A DNA stretch of 64,000 nt from a virus. Positions 29,963 to 38,632 of this stretch are shown piece after piece. The stretch spans positions 29,310 to 93,309 of IMG/VR virus record IMGVR_UViG_3300035180_002599. One strand, given 5' to 3'. Each line of letters opens with the position of its first letter. The stretch's first letter is position 1. Under the pieces are notes generated by a model that was not told where the DNA came from, ran no database searches, and worked only from the letters and a program-made list of their open reading frames with translations. The position numbers were made by a program, and so were the translations under genes.

Positions 29963-30499
29963 TTATGCGTTTTGTGCTCTTGATGTCCAACCAGCAAGAA
30001 ACATCTTTTGTGAGGGGTTATCTTGTACGATTTTATATAGGAAATCCATACGTGCTTTCTTATATTCACGAACAAATGACTCAGCACCAAATGTATTAAT
30101 TGCATCAACTGTATGAGGACCCATCTGACCATCAACTGTTGATTTTACAATCGTCTGTGCATATTTCACTGCACGGCTAACACCACTATTAACGGCAAAA
30201 TCATACATATTATTTGCGACGTTTTGATCGGTAATTAGATCACCCATTATCATATCCCAGAAATTTTTCTTATAGAAGTTCATAACACTATTAGTTAATT
30301 CAACATCGCTCATAAGCAATTTATCGAAATTAGTAGGGTTAGATTTTTTCATTTTATCAATTATTGTCCATCCGTCCCATTTAGGAAAGAAATTTCGTGC
30401 AATACCACGAAAAGTCTCACCACCTTTATCATTAGGGTTATTAACATACCCACCTTCAAATACAGAAGTTTTTTCAAATGCTATTTTAAAATCAGCCAT
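29963..30499 (-). CDS. Endolysin, glycoside hydrolase family 108 with peptidoglycan-binding domain
   Basis: EGGYVNNPNDKGGET..GI, DFAVNSG, VDGQMGP.T, FLAGW..R; ATAAATA at 30525-30531 (-). Confidence 0.95.
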   Translation of the reverse strand: MADFKIAFEKTSVFEGGYVNNPNDKGGETFRGIARNFFPKWDGWTIIDKMKKSNPTNFDKLLMSDVELTNSVMNFYKKNFWDMIMGDLITDQNVANNMYDFAVNSGVSRAVKYAQTIVKSTVDGQMGPHTVDAINTFGAESFVREYKKARMDFLYKIVQDNPSQKMFLAGWTSRAQNA

Positions 30500-30542
30500 A
30501 TGTGCTCCTTTGTTTATATTTAAATATTTATTAATAAGAGTT

Positions 30543-30571
30543 TAAGGTTATTTTTGTTATAATCATAAATA
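30543..30571 (+). promoter_or_regulatory. Tandem early (TAAG-N8-TGtTATAAT) and late (ATAAATA) promoters for tmRNA
   Basis: TATAAT 30558-30563 followed by ATAAATA 30565-30571, 10 nt upstream of the mature 5' end. Confidence 0.65.
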
Positions 30572-30581
30572 CAAAATATAT

Positions 30582-30948
30582 GGGGTCGAAATAGGATTCG
30601 ACATTTTTTCTGTGTAATATAACAATCAAGCAATCTGGGAAGATTTTAAATATCCAACAAATAATAACAGCAAACTCAACTAGCTATAATACATCTTACG
30701 CACTAGCTGCGTAATGTACGGGGTTGTCAAGACTCGCCCTGTTACCTAAATCTTGACTCCTTGTTTACATAGGATAAAATGTAAGTTGTTCGATATGCAA
30801 TTCATAATCGCGAGTATTAGAAAGTAATACAATCATTATACAATGAATAAATGTTTTGATTTTCGGTTTTTAAGAAAGCCGTCTAAGCTTGTATTAAATT
30901 GTTATGTGAAGGATGAAATGGAACTCGGGGCAGTACCGAGCGACTCCA
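30582..30948 (+). ncRNA. ssrA: tmRNA (one-piece), tag ANSTSYNTSYALAA
   Basis: Acceptor GGGGUCG/CGACUCC-A with G3.U; GGAUUCGAC 5' motif; helix 2 (AUAUAACAAU/AUUGUUAUGU, CAAGC/GCUUG); AUAACA-GCA resume signal; tag ORF 30670-30714 ending YALAA-stop; T arm CUCGG-GGCAGUA-CCGAG. Confidence 0.96.
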
Positions 30949-30951
30949 ATC

Positions 30952-31177
30952 TTTCTAAGAATTAACCTTCACGCGGTGAAAGATGTAAGTACTCGATAGA
31001 GGAAACTAATAATTCTAAAATAAAGTATGAAATGAATATCTTTGAAAAAGAAATAATTTTCCTAGAGGTTTCTTCAGGTATAATGGATAGAATTTATGTT
31101 GGTTGATATACCTGAGTGTTGATTATCAATAAAGGATTTTAGAGGATACAACATCCTCTAAAGTGTAGTTTATAGAA
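30952..31177 (+). ncRNA. Candidate structured RNA downstream of tmRNA
   Basis: No ORF of 60 aa or more; nested stems GAGGAAACU/GGUUUCUUC, CAGGUAUA/UAUACCUG, UACUC/GAGUG, UUUAGAGGAU/AUCCUCUAAA. Confidence 0.45.
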
Positions 31178-31215
31178 ATTAATGGATTTTTATAAAATAC
31201 ATTTGAAAGGTTCTT

Positions 31216-32028
31216 ATGACAAAAAACTTAATGGAAATTCTGGACTCTTGTGAATTTGTAACCAAACACGTAACAATAAATGAAGAATTATTATATTCAT
31301 TTTCTAATAAAATGATTAAACCTATCCCGGTTACACCTAAACATTCCAAAAACTTGAAAATAGATATATACAATAGCATAATGGATTCTGCATTACAATT
31401 CTGTTTTTGGTATGGAAATTCCTCTATTAGAATCAATAATCATTCTAGTTCAGAAATTACTAGATTGGTAAAAGAATATAGTTATGATATTGAGCTATTA
31501 AAGAAGCATATTAGATTAGCTCGATTCCCTAATATCGAGTCCAGAACAAAAATTATAGATGAAATTGGGCCTATTAACACTAACAGAATGAGAAGAATAA
31601 TTTCTATTATATCAAACACTAGAGATGTTGATTCTATATTGAGTACATTAACTGCAGAATTTGATTCATTCGCAAATGATATACTTCTCAAAAAAGCTTT
31701 ATTAACCGTTATGTCTATCCATTTTAAAACTGGAATAATAAAAGATCCAGAAAAGATATTAATTCCTGCTGACTATCAAATTCCTAAAATGCTTAGACAT
31801 TTTGGTATTCTTAAATATTCAAATGAATTAGCATATAAAGTTGACAATAACATACTTCTCCTAGAAAATTCAGAAGAAGAATTAGCTATTCGTATTCAAG
31901 CTATAAAAGCGGTTAAACGGATACAAGATTTATCTCAAGTTCCTTCATATATGATAGATCAAATACTTTTTCATTCTAGAAAAAATATAACATCAAATCA
32001 TCATCTAACAATTACCACGAGTTATTAA
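31216..32028 (+). CDS. Queuosine salvage nucleotide N-glycosylase/hydrolase (DUF2419/Qng1 family)
   Basis: DSALQFCFW, LKKALL, PADYQIPKMLRHFGILKYS, EEELAIR, HHLTITTSY terminus. Confidence 0.87.
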   Translation: MTKNLMEILDSCEFVTKHVTINEELLYSFSNKMIKPIPVTPKHSKNLKIDIYNSIMDSALQFCFWYGNSSIRINNHSSSEITRLVKEYSYDIELLKKHIRLARFPNIESRTKIIDEIGPINTNRMRRIISIISNTRDVDSILSTLTAEFDSFANDILLKKALLTVMSIHFKTGIIKDPEKILIPADYQIPKMLRHFGILKYSNELAYKVDNNILLLENSEEELAIRIQAIKAVKRIQDLSQVPSYMIDQILFHSRKNITSNHHLTITTSY

Positions 32029-32081
32029 TATTATTTTAAGAATAGTTTGATATAATTAGATATTCAACACGAAGGAAAAAA

Positions 32082-32333
32082 ATGTTTGTAAATCTAATTT
32101 CAACAACAAACGCTAAATTTCAAAAATATGTTTGTGACGAGTCTTTAGAACCGAAAGGTCACTTGATATGTCAAACGGGTATATCGTTTTTATACACCCC
32201 TTATTTTCAAAACAATCGGGCTGGTATTTACAAAGGGCTTTTGTCTTCTGTGGTTGACACTATAACAGTTTCTGGAGATATATGTACGGTAAAAACCTTG
32301 AATTCCGTATATGTATTTAAAATGTATGCTTAA
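32082..32333 (+). CDS. Hypothetical protein
   Basis: Own promoter and RBS; C-terminal VKTLNSVYVF motif. Confidence 0.7.
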   Translation: MFVNLISTTNAKFQKYVCDESLEPKGHLICQTGISFLYTPYFQNNRAGIYKGLLSSVVDTITVSGDICTVKTLNSVYVFKMYA

Positions 32334-32395
32334 AGAAAATTTAAGCATTTTATTCTGTGTAATTAAACTACAAAAACAAAATATAAAGGAAAGAG

Positions 32396-32992
32396 ATGAT
32401 TAATTTACAAAAAGGTCAGTCAATCAATTTGTCAAAAGAAGTGAATGCTCAAGGATTACAAAATCTTCGTGCAAGTATCGGATGGGATCCAAATAAGTTT
32501 AACACTGGTGGAAAATTTGATTTGGATATCAGTTGTTTCGCTTTGGCAGATTTGGGCGGAGGTTCTTATAAACTTCAAAAAGGTTCTGATTTCTGTTTTT
32601 ATAATGCACCAATTTCAGCAAACGGAGCTTTGAAATATAGTGGAGATAACACTACAGGTGGGGGAGAAGGTGATGATGAGTACATCGATATTGATTTGAG
32701 CAAAGCTGAAGCTGGCATTACAAACTTTTCAATTGTCGTTAGTATTCCAGAGCCACTTAACAGAACATTAAACTTTGGTATGGTTAGTAACTCATATGTA
32801 AGAATTACAAACACATTGACTGGTGAAGAAATTGCCCGATATGATCTCGGAGAAGATTTCAGCACAGAAACGGCAGTCCAATTCGGTTCAATTTACCTTT
32901 ATAACAATGAATGGAAATTCAAAGCAATCGGGCAAGGGTTTCAAGCAGGTCTTAGTGAATTTTTGGAAGAATACAAATACGATAACAACTAA
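32396..32992 (+). CDS. terD: TerD-family protein
   Basis: INLQKGQSINL, GWD, FDLD, SGDNTTGGGEGDDE, NFGMV, EWKFKAIGQG. Confidence 0.95.
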   Translation: MINLQKGQSINLSKEVNAQGLQNLRASIGWDPNKFNTGGKFDLDISCFALADLGGGSYKLQKGSDFCFYNAPISANGALKYSGDNTTGGGEGDDEYIDIDLSKAEAGITNFSIVVSIPEPLNRTLNFGMVSNSYVRITNTLTGEEIARYDLGEDFSTETAVQFGSIYLYNNEWKFKAIGQGFQAGLSEFLEEYKYDNN

Positions 32993-33036
32993 GTTGTTCT
33001 AAACTATTCAATAAAACATAATTAAAAAGGAATAAC

Positions 33037-33666
33037 GTGGCAGGTATTAATTTAACTAAAGGCCAAATAATCAATTTAAGCAAAGCTCCTGCAGCTTTGA
33101 ATGAGTCAACCGGACTTCGTAAGGTGTCATTTGGTTTGGATTGGGGAATGATTTCTCGTGGTGGTATACTAGGATTTGGTAAAACTAAAGAAAAGGTCGA
33201 TTTGGATGCAAGTGCAGTTCTGATGGATGCCAACAAAAACATTGTCGAAATTGTGTATTTTGGAAACCAAACAAGTTCAAAAGGAACTGTAAGACATTCA
33301 GGTGATGACCGTGGCGGTGATGATGCGGATGATGGAAAAGATAATGAAGTAATTAAAGTTAATTTGGAGTGTATGACTGAAGCAACTCACGTAGCTTTTG
33401 TACTTAACAGTTATTCTGGTCAAGATTTTGGTCAATTGCCATATGTTCGTATTCGTGCATATACAGGAGACCGTGAAGTTCCTTTAGAATCACAAATTCT
33501 TGGTAAAATGGAACTGTCTAAAGATCCTTCTTACAACGGCAAAACCTCAATGGTTATGGGTATCGTTTCAAAAGTAGGTAATGAATGGACATTTAAAGCA
33601 GTTGGTCAAGCAACATCAGATCGCGATGTTCGTGACTTAGCAAGATCATCTCGTAATTTCGTTTAA
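33037..33666 (+). CDS. TerD/TerZ-family protein
   Basis: GLDWG, VDLDASA, HSGDDRGG...DNEVI, LNSYSGQDF, WTFKAVG. Confidence 0.93.
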   Translation: MAGINLTKGQIINLSKAPAALNESTGLRKVSFGLDWGMISRGGILGFGKTKEKVDLDASAVLMDANKNIVEIVYFGNQTSSKGTVRHSGDDRGGDDADDGKDNEVIKVNLECMTEATHVAFVLNSYSGQDFGQLPYVRIRAYTGDREVPLESQILGKMELSKDPSYNGKTSMVMGIVSKVGNEWTFKAVGQATSDRDVRDLARSSRNFV

Positions 33667-33686
33667 TTTTAAAAAAGGATAGAAAG

Positions 33687-34820
33687 ATGGCATTAACACC
33701 AACAAGAGTTGCAGCACCTGCAACTCAATCAACAACTTCGTTTCCACAAACAACAGAAGTTTTAGAAACTGAAATTTCTTCATATATGAATAATATTCCC
33801 CCAGAATATCGAGATGAAGTTTTAGCTAAAAAAGATCAAATTGTTTTTGGTGATATTTCAACCATTCAAAAATTCGGTTCAGAGATTGCTACAGCTAGTG
33901 CAAAATTTACAGCCGAGAGTACAAACGCTATCAAACTGGGTAATGCTGGAGATATTGGTGATAAAATTAATGAGATGATGAGAATTTCTAAGAAATTAGA
34001 TCCATCTAAACTGCTTGACAACAAAGATCCAGGATTTTTTGGTAAACTTTTCGGAAAAACAAAAGACAAAATAATTGAATTTAAAAATGACCAAATGAGC
34101 ATTAATGAATCATTAAAACAACTTGGTAATTCACTTCTTGCTGATGCAAAGTCTTTAGAAAATGAAAATAAAAAACTTGAGGGCATGTACCAACAAAACT
34201 CAGAAAATATCAAACTGTATGACGTTATTTTAGCTGCGGGTATGATTAAGAAACATGAGATTGAATCTCAAATTATTCCACGATTAGTAGAAAAAGCTCA
34301 AGAATCTGGAAAACCTGAAGATGCTAATGAAGTCCGTGCTGGACAAAATTTCCTACGACAATTGGATGTTCGTATAGCAAACATAAATTCAGCACGTTCA
34401 GTTGCAATTCTTCAAGCTCCTGCTCTAAAAGATATGCAAGATAGCAATGCTATGCAAATTGAAAACATTCAAACTATGATTACAATTGGTTTACCAGCAT
34501 GGCACCAACAAATTGCGATGTATATCAGTCAAATGGAAACTCGTCGATCTGTAGAAATTACAAATCAATTGTCTCAAGGTATTAATGAAACAATGAGAGC
34601 TACCGCAGCTTTACAAGGTCAAAATGCAGTTATGATTGCAGAAGCGGCGAACAAAGCTATTATTGATGTTGAAACTATTCAAACTATTCAAACAGAATTG
34701 TTTTCTAGTATGGACAAAGTTAAACAAATCAATGACGCTGGAAAAACAAAACGTGCTGAAACTGCACAGAAACTTCTTTCAATGGAAAGTGAATTGAAGC
34801 AAAAATTGCTTGCTTCATAA
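33687..34820 (+). CDS. telA: TelA toxic anion resistance protein
   Basis: IQKFGSE, GFFGKLFG, helical coiled coil, LQAP, LPAW, IIDVET. Confidence 0.9.
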   Translation: MALTPTRVAAPATQSTTSFPQTTEVLETEISSYMNNIPPEYRDEVLAKKDQIVFGDISTIQKFGSEIATASAKFTAESTNAIKLGNAGDIGDKINEMMRISKKLDPSKLLDNKDPGFFGKLFGKTKDKIIEFKNDQMSINESLKQLGNSLLADAKSLENENKKLEGMYQQNSENIKLYDVILAAGMIKKHEIESQIIPRLVEKAQESGKPEDANEVRAGQNFLRQLDVRIANINSARSVAILQAPALKDMQDSNAMQIENIQTMITIGLPAWHQQIAMYISQMETRRSVEITNQLSQGINETMRATAALQGQNAVMIAEAANKAIIDVETIQTIQTELFSSMDKVKQINDAGKTKRAETAQKLLSMESELKQKLLAS

Positions 34821-34843
34821 TTGAGGGGTTACCCTCAATTTTT
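34819..34843 (+). terminator. Intrinsic terminator
   Basis: aattgaggg-gtta-ccctcaatt followed by a T run. Confidence 0.85.
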
Positions 34844-34954
34844 AAATATAAAAATGTAATTATGGGTGAGAGCATAATGATTGGATCTAACTAATTCAGT
34901 TAAACGAACGGTGTCTTGGGCGGAGGCGCTTAGTAAACATTTTTATATTTAAAA
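34840..34954. other. 115-nt element closed by a perfect 18-bp inverted repeat (candidate ncRNA or miniature mobile element)
   Basis: ttttaaatataaaaatgt (34840-34857) / acatttttatatttaaaa (34937-34954) enclosing internal hairpins. Confidence 0.65.
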
Positions 34955-35075
34955 GTTGTGTAACTTACAAAAAGCTTGAAATAAAACTAGTCTCTCCATT
35001 TAGGAAAGAAAGATTTTTAATTTTTAATTAAGATTAGTCTGATATAATTATACATATGAAAATGAAGGATTTAAT

Positions 35076-35363
35076 ATGAAGAAATTGATGATAATAATTA
35101 GTTTGTGTTCTTTGTTATCGGCAAACATCAATCATAAGAAACCCGAAATTCCTGTGAACAAAATACAGCTATGTTCCATGTATGAGGGTTCATTTATCAC
35201 TTCTGCAGACGTGTATGAAGATACTAAAAGTTGTTATGATTTGAAATATAGTATTTTGAGTTTCAAGCAAATGATTTTAGCTGAATGTGATATAGATCCA
35301 GAATACATTAAAGTGATTTGGTATTTACAAAAAACATATGAGAAAAACTGCGGTGCTGAATAA
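35076..35363 (+). CDS. Small exported Cys-containing protein
   Basis: Signal peptide MKKLMIIISLCSLLSA; own promoter. Confidence 0.7.
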   Translation: MKKLMIIISLCSLLSANINHKKPEIPVNKIQLCSMYEGSFITSADVYEDTKSCYDLKYSILSFKQMILAECDIDPEYIKVIWYLQKTYEKNCGAE

Positions 35364-35508
35364 TGTACTACATGCGAATTCAAAAATCAAAAGGACCTGA
35401 TTCAGAATTCTCTGAAAAAACTTTAGGGCTTTTAATTAAAAGACTAATTGATTGCTGTTATAAAAAATACAGATTATGTCGGTCATTTTATATTAAAGAA
35501 GGAATGAT

Positions 35509-36390
35509 ATGGAACCTCAAGCGTTGTCGATAAAATCAAAACCTAAATTAGAACCCACAGCTTTATCAATTAAAGCTAAGCCAAAAATTGAGGACCAGCC
35601 AAAAGCTCTTAATATTAAATCATCTAGAACTATAATGCCAATTGTACAAGACAAATTTGATTTCAGTTTTGAATATCTTAAATCAAAAATACCAGAAATA
35701 ACTACGTTCATGTTTTCTGAAATAAATAAAACTTTATCAAACGTAGAACAACAAAACCCGCTTGATAATGATATTCTTCTTTTGGGAAAAAAGCTTCAAG
35801 AACGTATAGCAGAAAAATCGGTCCAGGCTTCATCTATTCAGGGCGGTGCGTTGATTGAGCGTGTTTCTAATTCACACAAAATTATTGCTATGAATATAGA
35901 AACTGCAGATAAAGGTTTTTCTGGTTTTTTCAAGAAACTTTTGGGAACTGAAAAAAATAAAGAAGAAATTATTCAAGCTATAAAACATGAACTAAATGTT
36001 AACAAAACATTCAAAAATGATATTTCACAATTTACCGAAAATTATCCTAGATTGTTGAACCAATTTGAGTCTTTGCGAACGGAACTACATGTTAATATTG
36101 AAGTCCTAAAATTAATGCTAGAAGAGTTTTCTATTAAAGATCAAACTAACAATATTGATTTAGTCAACAGACGAATTTCTTCTTTAAATCAGTCTAGAAT
36201 AATTATAGAAACTGCGTCCAATATGATTAAAGCTCAAGAATCAAAAATGGCCTTGTTACAAGATACTATTGATAACGTAGTTAATATATTAGTTCCAATA
36301 TTGCTTAACAAAATGACATTTGAGGATATGAGAGATTCATCCTTTCATGATTTGAGTCAAGATATTATTAAAAAATTACAAACTATGTAA
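35509..36390 (+). CDS. Divergent TelA-like protein with N-terminal repeats
   Basis: Three P.AL.IK repeats; GFSGFFKKLLG and coiled coil parallel to TelA. Confidence 0.6.
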   Translation: MEPQALSIKSKPKLEPTALSIKAKPKIEDQPKALNIKSSRTIMPIVQDKFDFSFEYLKSKIPEITTFMFSEINKTLSNVEQQNPLDNDILLLGKKLQERIAEKSVQASSIQGGALIERVSNSHKIIAMNIETADKGFSGFFKKLLGTEKNKEEIIQAIKHELNVNKTFKNDISQFTENYPRLLNQFESLRTELHVNIEVLKLMLEEFSIKDQTNNIDLVNRRISSLNQSRIIIETASNMIKAQESKMALLQDTIDNVVNILVPILLNKMTFEDMRDSSFHDLSQDIIKKLQTM

Positions 36391-36391
36391 C

Positions 36392-36613
36392 ATGAGATTA
36401 TTATTAGTTTTACTTATTTTTATTATAAGTTACTCTTAAGATGTAGAAATAAACACAATAAATCGAGTACATGATGGAGATATTTTTTTTTCGATTAAAT
36501 CAAAACCGTAGATTGGAGCAAATTCTGAATTCATTGAAAGATTTTACATTAATAGATACTTCTTATAAAGATATAAGGCTCAAACTTTAGATTTCTTGGA
36601 ATCAGAAATCTGA
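36392..36613 (+). pseudogene. Decayed exported thermonuclease (SNase)-like gene
   Basis: Signal peptide MRLLLVLLIFIIS, stop, then INRVHDGD; further in-frame stops. Confidence 0.4.
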
Positions 36614-36744
36614 TACTATAGGTGTAAAGTAGCGAATGATTTTAAATGAGAACATTTTCAGTATATGCTCATTTAAAATCAAGAGAAATATGAGAAATTT
36701 ATTTCTAATTACAAACAAATTATTACCACGATAAAGGACAGAAA

Positions 36745-37137
36745 ATGAAGACACCTTGGGATGAAATGATAGATATCTCTTCTTTTGAAAAAAATGAGGC
36801 ATCTAAACTTTTTATGAAGAAAAGAGATGACCAAATTTTTGAATATAAAATTTCCTATTGTTGGCCTGAAAAATGTAGAACTGAATCAGAGGCGTCAAAC
36901 TTCGTTTTCACATCCATAGGGTTCTATAGAAGCATAGGTGAATTTTTGATGTGGAATGAAGGATTTTCTGATAAATGGTCAGATTTTCTTTTGATAGAAG
37001 AAACAAAAAAAGAACGTAATTCTCTTAGAAATGAATTCTTAAAAAACAAATATTACAATTTAAAAGAAAATAATCATCAGGTGAACATAGAAGAAGATTT
37101 GCAATCTCATTTAATATCTATTCAAATGAATTCTTAA
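36745..37137 (+). CDS. Hypothetical protein
   Basis: ORF with AAGGA RBS. Confidence 0.7.
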   Translation: MKTPWDEMIDISSFEKNEASKLFMKKRDDQIFEYKISYCWPEKCRTESEASNFVFTSIGFYRSIGEFLMWNEGFSDKWSDFLLIEETKKERNSLRNEFLKNKYYNLKENNHQVNIEEDLQSHLISIQMNS

Positions 37138-37196
37138 TATTACTCTAAGGTTATTCTGATATAATTATTGTATCAAAAGAAAAGAAGGAAAAAAAG

Positions 37197-37367
37197 ATGG
37201 AAGCTTTAGCAAATATTGGTATTAGTTGGTCATTGTGGGTGACATGTGTATTTTGGTTTTTGATTGTAATTGTTAATTGGGGAGTACCAAAGTTAGATAT
37301 AGGAAAATTGTTTTTCTTTATCTTTGCACCGGTTCCACTAATTTTATTGGATTTTCTATTGGGTTAA
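37197..37367 (+). CDS. Small two-helix membrane protein (56 aa, absent from the ORF track)
   Basis: MEALANIGISWSLWVTCVFWFLIVIV...; directly behind the repeated promoter cassette. Confidence 0.7.
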   Translation: MEALANIGISWSLWVTCVFWFLIVIVNWGVPKLDIGKLFFFIFAPVPLILLDFLLG

Positions 37368-37496
37368 TTAAATAAAATCTAGTGTAATTGAAGCTTTAGG
37401 TGAATCTAAATTACTCACTCTTGCGAAAGAATGATAATTTTGGATTTGGTGATGTATCATTAATGATGAATACATTAAAACGAAAAAAGGAACAGA

Positions 37497-38156
37497 ATGA
37501 AATTAACAAAAGGCGCTAGCATTTCATTATCTAAAGATGATGATGTTTTAAAAGAAATTACCGTAGGATGTTCTTGGGGAACTTTAAATAAAAATATTGA
37601 TATTGATGTTATGTTATTTTTGGTAAATTCTACAACTAAACAATTAGTAGAAAAAATTTATTACGGTCATCAAATAGCCCGGAATGATTCTGTTATTCAT
37701 TATGGTGATGATACTACTGGATTTAACAAACAACATGAGTCCGACAATGAAGTTATTTTCATTGACTTGAATAAAATGGATAATGGTGTCGATCGAATTT
37801 TGATTTATGTTGATTCTTATTCAGGTTATAAATTGAGCAAAGTCCCTAATTTGAAAGTTAGAGTTTACTCCGGAAAACCAGGTAGAATCAATGAAGTTTT
37901 GTGTTCTTATGAAGTAACTTCAGATTCATCATCTTCTTATTCAATGCACATTGGTGAAATTTACAAAACCATTGCAGGAGAATGGGAATTTAAAGCGGTG
38001 GGTGAATACCGAAAAGAAAACCGTTTAGATCAGATTTTACAATATGTATTATCTACTCTAGATAAACCAGTTGATTCAAAGAACGAACTAGCTGAGATGT
38101 GGAATCGTATATTTTATGGATGGATTAACCCATTTTTCAAACGGATGGCTTCATGA
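37497..38156 (+). CDS. TerD-family protein
   Basis: KLTKGASISL, DID, HYGDDTTG, DNEVI, WEFKAVG. Confidence 0.9.
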   Translation: MKLTKGASISLSKDDDVLKEITVGCSWGTLNKNIDIDVMLFLVNSTTKQLVEKIYYGHQIARNDSVIHYGDDTTGFNKQHESDNEVIFIDLNKMDNGVDRILIYVDSYSGYKLSKVPNLKVRVYSGKPGRINEVLCSYEVTSDSSSSYSMHIGEIYKTIAGEWEFKAVGEYRKENRLDQILQYVLSTLDKPVDSKNELAEMWNRIFYGWINPFFKRMAS

Positions 38157-38623
38157 ATATCTATAAACCTCCATATGAATTACCTAAAGACGAAAGATTA
38201 TCAATCTTTCTAGCAGGTAGCATTGACATGGGAAATGCTACAAATTGGCAAGAAATGATTCAAAATAAATTGCAAATGTTCGATATTAATGTATTCAATC
38301 CTCGAAGAGATGATTGGGATAATTTACAAGAACAATCCGCTAATAATGAATATTTCAAAAAGCAAGTGAACTGGGAATTAGATGCTCTAGATAAAAGTAC
38401 GTGGATTTTAATGTATTTAGAACCGGGGTCTTTAGCTCCAATTAGTTTACTTGAGCTAGGATTATATTCAGACACTTCAAAATTACATGTAGTTTGTCCA
38501 GATGGTTTTTATAGAAAAGGTAATGTTCAGATAGTATGTGAACGTTATGGCATAAAGTTATATAATGATTTGGATAGTTTTATGAATCTATTAATTACAG
38601 CTTTAACAATGTTTGAAAAATAA
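38153..38623 (+). CDS. Nucleoside 2-deoxyribosyltransferase-like N-glycosidase
   Basis: IFLAGSI...WQ, FNPRR, QVNWE, PISLLELG, RKGNV. Confidence 0.88.
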   Translation: MNIYKPPYELPKDERLSIFLAGSIDMGNATNWQEMIQNKLQMFDINVFNPRRDDWDNLQEQSANNEYFKKQVNWELDALDKSTWILMYLEPGSLAPISLLELGLYSDTSKLHVVCPDGFYRKGNVQIVCERYGIKLYNDLDSFMNLLITALTMFEK

Positions 38624-38632
38624 AGGAAAGAC

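Noticed and set aside
30995-31120. GAGGAAAC as RNase P RNA conserved region I
   Set aside because: No matching CR-V (ACAGAA...GGCUUA) or P4 partner; the motif pairs locally instead
34858-34936. Hammerhead ribozyme or yybP-ykoY riboswitch in the Ter region
   Set aside because: No CUGAnGA/GAAA core and no GGGGAGUA motif
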